64,000 bases of DNA from Eremomyces bilateralis CBS 781.70 (Eukaryota): the NCBI GenBank assembly GCA_010015585.1, contig ML975155.1, one strand, 5' to 3'. Below, in pieces: positions 48,671 to 64,000 of the stretch (position 1 is the stretch's first letter; every line of letters begins with the position of its first letter). The notes under the pieces are model-generated. The model was not told where the DNA came from. It saw nothing but the letters and a program-made list of their open reading frames with translations, and ran no database searches. A program made the translations under genes and the position numbers.

Positions 48671-51508
<2,838 letters not shown>

Positions 51509-52854
51509 AAGCGATTTGCGAGCGAGCGACATTCGGGGGTGAGCGATGGATGATGGGTTGGGGGCTGGGTTTGAGGATTTCTTGATGTGACCATGAAACG
51601 AACGGGAGGGAGCGCGTGCCGGGGGGTGGTTTAGTGTCGTCAACGAGATGCGAGAAGCAAATGACGATGGGGTGCCTGACGGTTATACCGTTCTTCCTCT
51701 GCCACCACCTATCTCCAGGTACCTGGCCTTGGGTGAAGAGGACACGCAAACTTGCTGTCTCCTGCGGCAATACGCGTCGGTAACATAGAGTGATTGAAGA
51801 CAATTCGTGGCGACATCACGCACGGGAGGGAAGCGAACATGACAGGGATTGGATATATCAACGGAAGAGGACGTGCATTGGATATCACCGCTGCGGAGGA
51901 TGGGAATGGGTCTGACTCAGCTGGCTCGGGTCGGCTGGTGGTGCCGAAGGACGGGAACTATATGTGAATACGACGGATGGCTAATTAATAGTGCAATTGA
52001 AAACGGATTAAGTTAAGAAGACTGGCTGTTCCTTTGCTTTCTGTGTGAATGAGGGACAATTATCTCCGGTACCTAACTGCAGCCAGCGGACTCTTCCCGG
52101 CCGTCTTGGTGCTATAGGACAACTCCCTTTTGCAACTTGAATGTTAAGTTTCTGCTCTATATTTCTACGTGTACATTACAAGTAAGATTCTAACAAATCG
52201 CGACAGCGGTATAATGAATTCATATATGGAAAGCACGACACAGATATCACCATTTGTTCTCGTACATAGTATGAGGAGGGACCTATGGACAGGGGCCGGT
52301 TCAAATTAAAAGCATCCTATTGGCTAAAATATTGCAGGGATTCGCGTCACGACCCGAGCCTTGAGGGAAGGCGCAGCGGAGACCCCAGCCACCATCCGAC
52401 CCGGAACTTTGACAGCGAACACAATTCCTGTTCTTTCTTGCTCTTCACTGCCAGCCCTCAATGGTTGGAGGTACAGAATACAATTGACAGTTGGCTCGGA
52501 GCAGATGTAACTCCCAGCCACCCGGACATTACATTACAACTGGGCTGTGATAGCAAGAAAATGCATGCTAGTCAACCACAGCCGAATGTTCAACTCTCGT
52601 AGCCTGATGACTCGGTCTCCTTTGCCATGCACAAGAGCGTTGAACTTCTTCGATTCTTCAGAGCCATATTGGTAGTAGTTCCTTGCTTCGCCAATGATTC
52701 CCTTTGCTTTACGTTCACTCTTCCTCTATGACTGTCGCTTCATCATGATCGTCTAATGAGTCTTTTCCTTCTCTACCGTCTATATTTCTTATTGAGAGCC
52801 AACCCAACCGAGCTGTATCATTTTATCCTGTTCATCCCCGGTCCTACATGTATC

Positions 52855-54594
52855 ATGCCTCCCGCCTTGACCGCCCCCGAACTCCATCAAATCGGCCCCA
52901 ACCGCACCGACTCCCGCAACGCATCTCGTACCTGCCATGGAATCACTCAGAAAGGCCGGCCCTGCCGCCGTGCCCTCGCCGCGCCCAAATCACCCCTTGC
53001 GGTAACGGTCAGCGGGAGCGACGAGGGTTCGGTCGACCTACAAGTGGACGCCGAGGCGTTGTATTGTGTGCATCATAAAACCCAGGCGGTCAGAGATAAG
53101 CATGTCGTGACGGTACGCCGCGTCGGATCGAAGGGGAGCTTGGAAGAACTGTTCTCAGGACTGGGGATTGCGGAGTCGGAGATCGGGACGGCATCGGGAA
53201 GGGTGGCGGCGAGTCCTTCGTCTCGGGGGAGAAACGAGCATGTCGCGGGACAGAGCTCGACTGCAAATTCCAACCAAAGGAAACCACGACGAGCACGGCG
53301 TCGGGAAGAGGGCGGCGACCCGGAGTGGGTACCAGAGAGTGGTGAAGAGCTGCATCTAAAACCACAAGGGATGTCATCGAGCTATGCGAAGGCGCAGCCG
53401 CCGCGGACGAGAGCAAGGGCGCCGCGACGACAGCCGCGAAAGAAGGCTTCTTTTCTTTCCTCGTTGATGTCATGCATGACCCTGGACGAACCCCTTGATG
53501 ATTCACCAAGGGCGCAGAGGAGACCCAGAAGGAAGAACAGCCGGGAGAGTCCACTGGCAGCGATTTCAGAAGAGCAGGAACCGGCTGTTAGAGCTTCTCG
53601 AACGCACGTTGAAAGGTTGCATGATGAGGGCCCTTTGCAACAGGGCACGACAGGGGAACTATATCCCCGACTGCCAGAGAGATTATCGACTGATACCTTG
53701 GTGGCGTCCATGAGGCTCAGCGCCGCTGAGAATGAAAGCAGGCGAGCTTCAACTCCACGGCATGGACAGCAGCCGAAAGCGGAGAGCCCATCTAAGCTTC
53801 GAACTCCCAGCACGGGCAACGGTCCAACGACGCCAAAACGACGACCGGTACAGGGCATTACAGCAAGAAAAGACAGCGCCGTGGATGCATCGGATCGAAG
53901 CGACAGCCCTATGCAAGCAAATAGTCGATCTCCCCAACGGACGACAGCAGAACTCATGCAGACCATTTCCCATCTCCCTCCAGCGCTCGCTGCCTCCCTC
54001 CTCGCCAAGCTCGCCACGTTCAAACCCACCGGCACTGACGGCTACATCTACATCTACTGGCTCACCGACGCTCACGACCTGCCCCTCCCACAACCGTACC
54101 ACCAAAACGCCATGTCCCAGAACCACCCCAGCACGCTCATCCCGTCCCTCCAGCGCGTCGACAAGCCCACCATCTTCCTCAAAATTGGCCTCGCCACCAA
54201 TGTCTACCGCCGCATGAAGCAATGGGATGATTGCGGCTACCCGAAATACAACTGGTTCTACCCCCGCGCGTCGTCAGGCTCCACGCCCGTCACCACCCCC
54301 GACGGCCATCATCGGCGACACGGCTCGACAGCGGCCGCCGCATCGCACGGACACGATCTGAACGAACTGCTCGAAAGCGAGCCGGATCGCAACCGCGTCA
54401 TCCGCAGCGTCGACTGGGTGGAGAAGATGATACATTTGGAACTGCAGGAGCAGCGGGTGAAGTGGGAATGCACGAGGCATGAGCGGTGGCATACCGAGTG
54501 GTTTGAGGTGGAGCGGTCGCGGAGGGGGATCACACGGGTGTTCGAGGTGGTCAAGAAGTGGGCGGAACAGAGTGAGAAGATGATGGATGGGTGA
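52855..54594 (+). CDS. T5orf172/MUG113 (DUF1766, GIY-YIG-like) domain protein
   Basis: N-terminal CHGIT.KGRPCRR...YC.HH and C-terminal GYIYIY...KIG...NV.RR..QW..C...VE..IHLEL...H.EWFEV. An upstream in-frame ATG at 52756 is possible. Confidence 0.8.
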   Translation: MPPALTAPELHQIGPNRTDSRNASRTCHGITQKGRPCRRALAAPKSPLAVTVSGSDEGSVDLQVDAEALYCVHHKTQAVRDKHVVTVRRVGSKGSLEELFSGLGIAESEIGTASGRVAASPSSRGRNEHVAGQSSTANSNQRKPRRARRREEGGDPEWVPESGEELHLKPQGMSSSYAKAQPPRTRARAPRRQPRKKASFLSSLMSCMTLDEPLDDSPRAQRRPRRKNSRESPLAAISEEQEPAVRASRTHVERLHDEGPLQQGTTGELYPRLPERLSTDTLVASMRLSAAENESRRASTPRHGQQPKAESPSKLRTPSTGNGPTTPKRRPVQGITARKDSAVDASDRSDSPMQANSRSPQRTTAELMQTISHLPPALAASLLAKLATFKPTGTDGYIYIYWLTDAHDLPLPQPYHQNAMSQNHPSTLIPSLQRVDKPTIFLKIGLATNVYRRMKQWDDCGYPKYNWFYPRASSGSTPVTTPDGHHRRHGSTAAAASHGHDLNELLESEPDRNRVIRSVDWVEKMIHLELQEQRVKWECTRHERWHTEWFEVERSRRGITRVFEVVKKWAEQSEKMMDG

Positions 54595-55120
54595 GGAATG
54601 TGATATGATCCGATGATGATGATCTGCTTAGAACAGTGGTGGAACAGGTTTCAGGGGCTGGTTTAGGAAATGTCGAAGCTTAGTAAGACATACCTCGACC
54701 CTATCCCCGTGCGGGTACAGTTCCCTTCTTTCCTAATTGAGAAGAGCAGTCAGAGGGTGAAAGGAGGAAATCTATTAACACAAGTACGTCAGGGTTGGTA
54801 GAGAAACAAGTCTCAGGGGTACAGTCACGTGGTCCAGCAATTCTGATACCAGGGTGTTCCTTAGCGAAACATCTGAGTCACATGATAATTTCTTATACAA
54901 GGGAGTTCCCGAGTTGAATTTCAGAGCTCCGCAAACTGGCCTCTTTGTGACTTTGTCGACATTTATTCAACTGAACTACTCAATCCCTACAGCATCCAAA
55001 CTACTCCTCAAATAAATGCCACCACGCAGCAGTGCTGAAAACTGTATGCCTTTGCTCTAACACAAACGTCGAACACCCTCAACGCCACACCCTCATCGCC
55101 CATCGAACCATTCCCTAACC

Positions 55121-55741
55121 ATGGACTCATCCGACACCTTCACTCTCCTCCCCCTCCACCTCGACCCCGCCACCAAAGCCATCTCATACCAAGGCACCCC
55201 CACCACCGCCCTCACCACCGAACTCACCGCCCTCAACGACCTCCACCGCTCCCTCCTCACCCTCGACACCCCCAACGGCATCCCCCCACCCCCGGTCCCC
55301 GTCAACCCCAAACGCACCGCCCAAATCAACAAGCTCCGCGAATCCGGCAACGACGCCCTCCGCAAAGGCAAGCCGGCCGATGCGCTCGGACTGTATACGC
55401 TCGCGCTGAAGATGGCAGCGCAGCGGCCGCCGTGGGAGCCGGCGGGGCTGGTACGCGAGGAGCTGGCGCAGCTGTATGGGAACCGGGCACAGGCATATAT
55501 GGCGGGCCAGGGGTGGGCAGAGGGGGCGGTAGATGCGAAGTGCAGTGTGGAGTTGAAGAAGGTAGGGAACGCGAAAGCGTGGTGGAGGCGGGGGAGGTGT
55601 TTGGTGGAGATGGGGAGGTTGGAGGAAGCGAGGGAATGGGTGGGAGAGGGGTTGGAGTTTGAGGCGGGGGAGCAGGATTTGGTGGGGTTGCTGAAGGAGG
55701 TGGAGGTGTTGATTGAGAAGCGGAAGACGTGGAGTGGGTGA
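55121..55741 (+). CDS. SEC72: Sec62/63 complex TPR subunit Sec72
   Basis: PPPP.PVNPKR.AQI.KLRESGN, RPPWEP.GLVREEL, NRAQA.M and DAKCSVELK..GN.KAWWR.G.CL. Confidence 0.92.
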   Translation: MDSSDTFTLLPLHLDPATKAISYQGTPTTALTTELTALNDLHRSLLTLDTPNGIPPPPVPVNPKRTAQINKLRESGNDALRKGKPADALGLYTLALKMAAQRPPWEPAGLVREELAQLYGNRAQAYMAGQGWAEGAVDAKCSVELKKVGNAKAWWRRGRCLVEMGRLEEAREWVGEGLEFEAGEQDLVGLLKEVEVLIEKRKTWSG

Positions 55742-56818
55742 TAGGGGGTTAGTTGGCATGGTTTGGCGTTGGAGGTGTCTTGATGGGACATCAATATTTG
55801 GAACTTCAACTGTGGTGTTTACGGTTGTTATTGTCGATGCGGTCTGTACTGGCAGCATGATAGAGACATGCAATACTTTCAATTGGCATGTTCTTCAAGA
55901 TTGGCGACATCTAGGCATGACAGCCAATGTTGCGGTTGGAAGAAAGGGGAAGAAAGGGGATCGATGACCAGGTCCCCGGAATACATTTATTCCAAATCCA
56001 GCCAAGTCATCATACACGAAAATATACAACCCCTTATTTGGATTTGCGCGGTATCGCACCACTGACATAATCACAATAATGGAGCCGTTGGCAGGCCGTA
56101 AGCCATAATGCTTACGGCCGGATATTGGAAGCGCTGTCTGGGTGGATACTGGATTCTGCCTCCTTTGTAGACCAGCCTTTTCAAGTCCTTTTTGTCCAAA
56201 TACCACAGTACCGGTCCCTCCACTGAGTCGAGTCTGCTTTGAAAGTTCTCATGATATTTAGTGACCGGCGTCCAATTGTCTTGACAACATTCTCTCCTGG
56301 CTGTGGCGCATGCAGTGGGAAATCTATTCTTAGTCATATTAGCATAACGTTTGATGGATACCAGTAACGACCCTTGCTTCATTGCGGGACCGGGTGTTCC
56401 ATAGTCTCCTCCGCCCCCAACCAGCTTCGCCAAACGCCAGTGATCAGCAGGAGAGACAACCGAATGCTCCGTGGCGCTGTCGTCTCCATCATGGCGCAGA
56501 CCCAAACAGTGAAAAGCCGCCTTGAATTCCTGCACACTTGGGCAGAACCGCCTCTGATCCAGCTGAGCCTCGTGTCTGACCGACGGTGAACTCCTCACAT
56601 CTTGGTCATGAATCTTTCTTTTTTAGTGCCGCTTGACTCTTGATTGCTTCGTTTCGCTGTTCGCTGTTCGCTGTTTGCGTTATATACCCTCATTTGGTCC
56701 GTGTACGACCCGCGAAGATTGCGTTGTGTTGGTGTTACCGCTTCACGAATCTCGATCGATATTCCCTTCCCATTGACATCTACAGACGCATCGAGCACGA
56801 TATATACCAGGTGACAGG

Positions 56819-57934
56819 ATGAAGTTACAGCAGTCGAAGATTCAGAAGGGGAAGGTTGCGGTGCACATAGCGCAGGGGATCTTCATCTTCGTCGCGGCGA
56901 TTTTGACTATTGCCGTCCTTACCAAGGCCGACACTGATGGACGGACTGCATATTACTTCGCGATGGTAAGAGGGATCCTCTTTAACGATTCCCGGGGCCA
57001 CAGTCTAACAGATTGCAGTGTTTCGTGACCATTCCTGCTTTAATCTACCTTGCGATGACGCCGATGTGGACACGAGCTATAAAATTCGCGAACCCATATG
57101 CTTTCGTGGTTCTAGATGCTTTGTTAATGGTACCACGCCTGATGTGGAGCGAGTATCGCCCGAGAACCGTTAGCTGACACCGTATTAGGTCCTCTGGTTT
57201 GCAGCCGCGATTGCCGTGGGAACATGGAACACCGCAGGCATCAAGAAAGGCGTAGATGATAATAAGGAGAAGGACGATAAGGACAAGAAGGACTCGAAGA
57301 TGGGCTGTGCCGCCTTCGCGTTTGGGGAACCTGTCGCCTGTAACGTAAGCAAGGCTGCTGTTGGCTTCGGTGTCGTGATATTGTAAGTTGCCTTCTATCG
57401 GACGGGTCCGTTGAGCGAAGCTAATGTTTGGCCCTCAGCCTTATGTTCATCCTCACCACCGCCATTTCCGTCCAGATCATAATCAAGTACCGCCAAACTG
57501 GCGACCTCCAAACCGCTATGGGAACCCAACCCGGCAACCCAGCCTCCCAATCCATCGAAGCGCAGACCACCGACGCCTGGTCCTCCGATACTCACGATCT
57601 ACGCGGCGACACTCCCGGGTACCACCGCGACGGCTCATTCTCCGACGACGGAACGCGGACGGAGCGCGGCGGAGGCCAGGAGGAGGACGAATATCAGCTG
57701 TTGCATGCCACGGAGACGGACGACGGCCCGCATCCGGGGCAGTATCGGAATTGGGGGAATCCGCAGGACAAGACGGGAGCGTCTGCGCAGCCTGCGCCGC
57801 CGTATGATGATACGGAGTATAGCAACCCGAGCGCGCTGAGTCCTGGGGGTTATGAAGGGACGTATGGAGGGGGAGGGAGCTATGATGAATATAGGGGACA
57901 GGCGAGGAATTACAATTTCTCGGGTGAAAGATGA
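56819..57934 (+). CDS. MARVEL-like four-TM membrane protein, multi-exon
   Basis: Four hydrophobic segments across exons (ANPYAF..LD.L..LWFAA.IAV..W; C..SKA.VGFGV) and an acidic Tyr/Gly-rich tail. Confidence 0.75.
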
Positions 57935-58171
57935 AGCGGGACGGTCATCTTTGTAGTTTCCATGGCTTAGAGGGAATATATTGGGATATGGTACGGCGTT
58001 TTGGATTTGAATCACATTAGTGGCTTGTGTCTAAGAATATGTCTAATACCCAGTGTGCTCAATACATTGATTGAGTACTCTTTGTAGTCGCATTTAACCT
58101 TGCGTTCAAATCTATAAACATGTTCACGCCTCCTGGGGTATCTCGCATTACAATTGTATTTCTGCACCAGT

Positions 58172-59307
58172 CTAGAAATTCGCCGCGTAGAACTGGGGAA
58201 GGTAGAACTTTGTGTTCTCATACACCAGGAAAGTCACACACGTCGAAGGAAGAACGCGGATGATGTTGGGTGCTAACCTGTGACAAGTCGTTAGTTCAGA
58301 CTCATGGCCCGCTGAGAGAAGTCTTACCCTTTGTAGAACCCCCTCACCCCCTCCTTTCTCCAAATCTGAAAAACAAGATCCGATGCAGACCGATAGTGTT
58401 GCGTCGCCTCATACGTCTGCAGCCTCGAGCGCACCACCTGATACGGATACGTGACGCTCCCCGCTAGCATCTTCGACAAGGCGCTCAGCGTCAAGAAGTC
58501 CCAGTTACTGAGATGCGCGCCAGGCTTCTGTGCACGGCGATGGTTCTTCAGCTGCTCGTACGCGACGAATTGGATGGCACCGTGGGACACGCCGAAGAGA
58601 GAGGGGATCAGGCCGCGGTAGAAGCCGAGGATGCCTTCGTTGCGCATGATCTGGACGGTGCCGTGGAGGACGCCGCGGTAGGCACCAGGGGCGTCGCGGC
58701 CCGAGGAGAGCATGCGGGTTTTGATCACCCAGATAGGGTTGGTGCAGATGGCGGTTAGGACACCTGAGGAAGTCAATACAGTCGCAGAGGCGGATGCGAG
58801 GGGTAAATCAAACCTGATGTACCGGACGCAGCAAAATACTCCGCCGAGGAGAGTTTGCGATCGCCGCCTCTGTATTTTCGGAAGGCATCTTTGAGGTCGC
58901 TGTACCTGTTCAATATGTTAGATGGAATCCTAGCGCTGACGATGTCGAGACGTACCAGAAGAAATATAATCCCCAGCTGGTGGAATTACCGATCATATTC
59001 GGCATCAGGCCGCGATACAGTCCCCGGTAATTCCCTTCATTTTGAACAATACTCCGCAATATCCGCCATGAGCTGCCAAACTCCAGCCGCGTGGCTTGGT
59101 TAACTGGGGTGGAGTCAGTTATTTATTCATTCACCATGATCCCCGTCACCAATACTCACGCTGCAGTCGCGTCTTCAGCACATCAAATGGATGCACCGCC
59201 AAAGTAGCGACGACGCCCGCCGTAAACCCCGCGATGCTCTCGACCAAGGAAGGGGAAATATCGACGTCCGATGCCCGGCCCTCAATCGGAGGCACGACTC
59301 GGGGCAT
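58172..59307 (-). CDS. FLX1: Mitochondrial FAD/folate carrier (SLC25A32-like)
   Basis: Three carrier signatures (HPFDVLKTRLQ, NPIWVIKTRM, YPYQVVRSRLQ) and GFYKGLAPN..RVLPSTCVTFLVYE. The start could extend to 59361. Confidence 0.9.
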
Positions 59308-60067
59308 GGTGCGGGGCGTTATCTGTCCCGGAATTTCATCCTGCTGCAGACCGGATCCCATATAAGGCCGAGAACCGCTGGGGAAATCAACTGTCTCCGT
59401 GGCCTTTGTGTGTCCCGGGTTGGTGGTTGGCTGGCGGGGGGAGGTTAAAGGTGGTGTCACGATGTCTCGGAGGTCTTTCATCTGCACGGGATATCTGGGA
59501 CAAAGATATTGGTCCAGAGGTACTGCTTCGAAAAGCCACCAACACATTATCCACGTGATTTATCCATCTTGTCCATCTGCTCGTTCGTACGGTACATGTA
59601 TAAGTATGCTTTATACTGGGTGTTTATAAGAGAATTCGTTGTAACCGACTTTGTATTTCCCTCAGCTTGAATTCCCACATTTCCGCCACTATCAGACGGC
59701 CAGGCTAGCTCTGGACTCTGGTGTTGAATCATGACTGATGAGTGTCACCACAAGCTACCTGCTAACCTACACTATTGTTAGTGCTCATGCTAGAATATGA
59801 TCAATAATAATCTATAAAAGGGCACTGTCCGAACTTCAATGGCTCAGTCTTCTATTGCGATCCTTGATGCTGGTTGAGAGCCTTGGGGTCACAAGTCATG
59901 AGCAGTGAATTTTATATCAAGAGATGGTAGCTTTTCTGCGGTTCATATATACAATGCTGCTTATTCTGCTATAAAACACATCGATCCAATCCAGAAAATG
60001 ACCGTCTGGATTGCTGAACGCCAACCAACGCCGTTCCCACATGAATGCATTGCTCGGATCCATGCTT

Positions 60068-60380
60068 CTAATGCTCGCTTCTATGACTCCCATGGCCATG
60101 ACCATCCTTCTTAAGGAACAGTTGTTCATAGGCTAGGTAGATGAGGAATGCACCAGTGCCGACGTAGAGGCCTGGAAATGAGCCCTTCAGGCGGTTTGCT
60201 CGGGTAAAGGGACCGGTATAACGCCATGCCTCTCTGCACACATGTGAGCGACCGAGCGCAATTGTTGGATTAGACATTCGCTGTGGCTTACACTCTTCTC
60301 CATGGATCATATGGAGGCCGGCCGGTTGCAGCCTGGAGTTTCCGGATGTCGAAGCCGGAGATGTTTGGTTTTTGGGTCAT
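60068..60380 (-). CDS. Complex I subunit B12 (NDUFB3/NB2M)
   Basis: MTQKPNISGFD...DPWRR.EAWRYTGPFTR.NR.K..FPG, one TM helix and a His-rich tail. One coding intron. Confidence 0.9.
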
Positions 60381-60988
60381 GGTGAAGCGGACGGTCCTGG
60401 CAAGAATCGTGTTAGAACCGGTGCGGTTACATGAAGATGCAACAGGAGATGGACATACGGTTCAATACGGCTAGACTTTAGCTATTTGACCTGCATGCGC
60501 CGACGCAATGCGAGAATTGAAGGGAATCGGAAGCGGGGATCAATCGTGAATGGGAATGAATGGTGTGAAGTTGGACCTCGAAGCTCACATCACCTCAAGA
60601 CAAGTCAATCGCTCACAGCTGCAGAACGAGAAAGGCACCAAGGCACCAAGGCACCAATCTAGACTGGTCTTGGCACTCCCTGTCGCTGGACCTGAGGTGA
60701 AATCCGACATCGTTCTGATACATGCTGTTGTATGTAGTAAACCAACATCCATAAGACGAACGATACTGTCCGGTATCTTTGAATTGTGGTCCCTAAATAC
60801 CTTGGAACGGAACCCTTGGACTTGACACTTTGCGCTATCGCTGCCGCCGAATCCTCATTCACCTCGAGTTCCGACAACAGCAACACAACCATCCGGTTCC
60901 ACGATCCAACTGCCGCAACCAAGAACAGCCAGCAAACTTGTACGCATGAAACCGTTGCTGTTAATCGAACCAGACATAGCCTTTCACG

Positions 60989-62537
60989 ATGCCTCCTAAC
61001 GGTGGGAGGTTTGCTCCCCAGACCCTCTCGAACCCATTCGCCCACATCAACCAGCATCCCCTCCACCAGCAGTCCCATCTCCAACACCCCAATGCAAATC
61101 TGCCCGGGCAAGGCCTTGGGAACCAGTTTCCTACCGGACAATTCGGATCGAATAATCCTGGAGCATTCGGTCCTTCAAATCCGGCCGCATCAATACATGG
61201 CGCGTTCGGTGCTGGTCCCGCTTTAGGGGGAGGGTTGGCCGGCCACGCTGGGCAGAGAGCATTCGCGAACAAAGCGGCACTTCATCCACAACAGCAGGTC
61301 CACGATCCGTCAGTACCAGTGGTTTCGGCATCGAAAGGGCCGAACGGGAGGATACGAGAAGTGTGGAGGAGCAATCTGGCGCAAGAGATGACATTAATAC
61401 GGTCCATCGCAGACAAGTATCCTTATATCAGCATGGTTAGTCTTCAGGTCGAAGAGACTTGCCATGGCCATTCATTGACGCTGGATCTAGAGCACGGAAT
61501 TCCCTGGTATTGTTGCTCGCCCGATGGGGAATTTCGCACACAAAGCCGAGTTCCATTACCAGACACTACGGTGTAATGTCGATCTCTTGAAAATGGTCCA
61601 GCTCGGAATTACCCTATTCAATGCCGACGGCGAAGTCCCTCCCGCCCACCCGGAAGCCACAACATTGCAACCCCCCGCCTATCTCAACAACCTCATGGTC
61701 ACGCCCTGTACGTGGGTGTTCAACTTCCAGTTCTCGCTCGAGGAGGACATGTACGGCGAGAACTCGATCGCGCTTCTGAAAGCCGCAGGGGCCGACTTCG
61801 AAAAACATGCGGACATCGGTATTGACCCGCTAGAATTCGGTTCCCTCCTGATCACATCCGGACTGGTCCTTTCCGACGATGTGCATTGGATATCCTTCCA
61901 CGGTGGCTACGACTTCGCGTACCTGATGAAGTTCATGTGGTGTCAAGCATTACCCAACGACGAGGAAAGTTTCCAGACGCTGGTGCAGAAGTATTTCCCG
62001 CAGTTGGTCGACGTCAAGTTCATCTACATGGACCTCAAAAAGCGGCACCAGGCTAATGTCCCCATGAACCCCGAAGCGGCCAGCATGATGAGCCGACTGA
62101 ACGGCAAAGGTACCCTCCAAGACCTCGCCGACGAGCTCGGCTGCCAACGCTTCGGCTCGCCCCAAACCTGCGGGACGAACGCCTGGATGACCGGCAACAT
62201 CTACTTCGCGCTGCGTAGCAAGATCTACGAAGGGCAGATCCCCGAGGAGTTTTACGGCCAGATGTGGGGCATTACCAGCGTGGGGAACCCGGCGTCTGCG
62301 ACGATGCAGCAGGCCATCCTGGCGCTCCAGAGCGGGGGGGGGATGAACGGCACCAACGTCGGCGGCATGAACTTCCACTCCGGCACGCCGTCGCGCGACG
62401 GGGCGCCGAGTACGCCAACAACGAATCCGGCGGGGTTGGCGACGTCGACGCCCGGGCCGCAGGGCAGCCATCCGGGGATGGGGACGTTCACACCGGGAGC
62501 CGGAGGGATATTTGGGAACTTCCAGTACGGGAAGTAA
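60989..62537 (+). CDS. CAF1: CCR4-NOT deadenylase subunit Caf1/Pop2
   Basis: IREVW..NL..E, YPYISM-STEFPG.VARP (intron 61436-61490), YQTLRCNVDLLK.VQLG, WISFHGGYDFAYL and LQDLADELG. Confidence 0.93.
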
Positions 62538-63512
62538 ATGGGCATGGACGGATCGGGAGCAAAGCCGGGTCATAGATCTTTCGTTTACGGTCGGGATGGA
62601 TATGCTGGTTTCTTGATACCTTATTTGCGGCAGCTTGAGACGGTCTTCAAATGGGTCTTGGAAGCATGTCTCTCGGGATCTTGCTGAGGCGTTTGCTTTG
62701 AACTGCACCTGTAAGATATCATCATGCACTGGCGACCTGGTGGTACTCACGGCGTCTTACGGGACAGGACGTTTTCAATTTGATTGACCCTTCCATCTTC
62801 AAATGATACCCTAAGCGTTCGTTCCGTGTCTGATATACCCCAAAAAAGGGCCGATATTCCCTATTCCAGACAGTATAATATCAGATTTCTGAGGTAAGTA
62901 CACTATATGTGTGCTCTATGGACTGCATCCCGAAAGTCCGAAACACTTGCAAGCCCCACAGCCCAAACCCCTGTCCATTCCGACGCTCCACCCAGCGAAC
63001 TCGCACGACAACACCACCACAAGCTCCCTGATAACACACTCTCCCCTTACCCTTATCGGGACAAAATCTCCCCTTATCAACGCCAATGATGATCAATTGC
63101 ATCGCGTGGAGGCGCCATTTGTCGAGCTTTCCTCGTGTTTTACTTAATCTCACGTTTCTCAACCCCCTCCATTTGGGTCCATGTGGAGGTCTAGCTCGAT
63201 TTAGGTAGGTTGAGCCGGAGAGATGCGATCTGGCGAGGGTAAAATATGGCCATGGACCTCCGTCGCCGATCTGGATGCGTTGGAGTGAGCTTTATATCGG
63301 TCGAGAGTCGAGACCGCTTGGTATTGTGTCCGAGTATCGTGCGAGCGTTGTCGGCTCTCAGCATTCAGATCCGGAACTAGGTAAGGTTGTTGCCCTGGAG
63401 GATCTCAATATCCATATATACGTGTTGTCCCGTGTCTGTTTGGGTTCTTCAATTGTTCTTCTCGCTTTTCCACTTCATAGTCAATCCGTACATAGCCGCT
63501 TTGCACTCCATC

Positions 63513-64000
63513 ATGGTTGTCGACCGCCTCAAGCAGGTGGCTTCCCACGTGTCGGGCCAGACCGGCCCTCCCCACCCTCTGGACCCGCTCTCCGAAGCGG
63601 AAATTGCCCAAGCCGTCGCGATCGTGAGAAAGGAACATTCGGGGCTCTTCTTCAATGCCGTCACATTGTGGGAGCCCCGGAAGGCCCAGATGTTGGCATG
63701 GTTGGCGGATCCGAAAACGGCACCACGGCCGGTTCGCACGGCGGATATCGTGGCCCTGGGGCTGGGAAGTAAGGTGTACGATGGGACTGTGGACTTGGAG
63801 GCGGAGAAGATTGTGAGCTGGAAGTTGACGGAGAATGTTCAGCCGTTGGTAAGTGGGCTCGTCTGGTTGAATCGGATTTGGCTCATGGATGATAGATTAC
63901 GATGGAAGACCTCCAGGTGGTGGAAGCAATCGTGAGGAAAGACCCTCGAGTGATCGAACAATGCGGCATCATCGGTATTCCACCGGAGGATATGCATAAG
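63513..64000 (+). CDS. Copper amine oxidase (peroxisomal type), 3'-truncated by the window edge
   Basis: PHPLDPLS..EI, F.AVTL.EP.K and VQPL-intron-ITMEDLQ.VE.IVRKDP.VIEQC. N-terminal RLKQVASHV. Confidence 0.9.

Overview
This is genomic DNA of a filamentous ascomycete (Pezizomycotina): gene-dense, with short GT-AG introns and CTRAC branch sites, and no CRISPR, rRNA or recognisable tRNA genes. It holds about 21 conserved genes: a RanBD protein, RPL25, BMT2, an AVT1-like transporter, eRF1/SUP45, a CDF transporter, RAD16, MRPL7, a USP, a methyltransferase, GlyRS, RPF1, alpha-actinin, CLA4, a T5orf172/MUG113 protein, SEC72, a MARVEL protein, FLX1, NDUFB3, CAF1/POP2 and a copper amine oxidase. A ~14 kb accessory island (about 9.9-23.7 kb) interrupts them. 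The island carries an intact hAT transposon (18-bp TIRs, 8-bp TSD), one intact DUF1295 gene and many decayed genes: amidohydrolase, HNH nuclease, two kinases fused head-to-head, a copia RT scrap and a CDC16 fragment. The most striking signal is the eRF1 3' end. A leaky-context UGA-CGG stop and a hairpin are followed by an 80-codon in-frame extension ending in a PTS1-type tripeptide (-ARL), then a predicted 3'UTR intron 37 nt after the second stop. This looks like a readthrough/NMD autoregulatory circuit whose readthrough product may be sent to peroxisomes. Also notable are a CAF1 with a degenerate DEDDh site, a G-U-rich multi-helix region at 22.7-23.4 kb, and exon-anchored C-to-G skew oscillations. 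All gene calls come from motif recognition by eye; no database searches were run.
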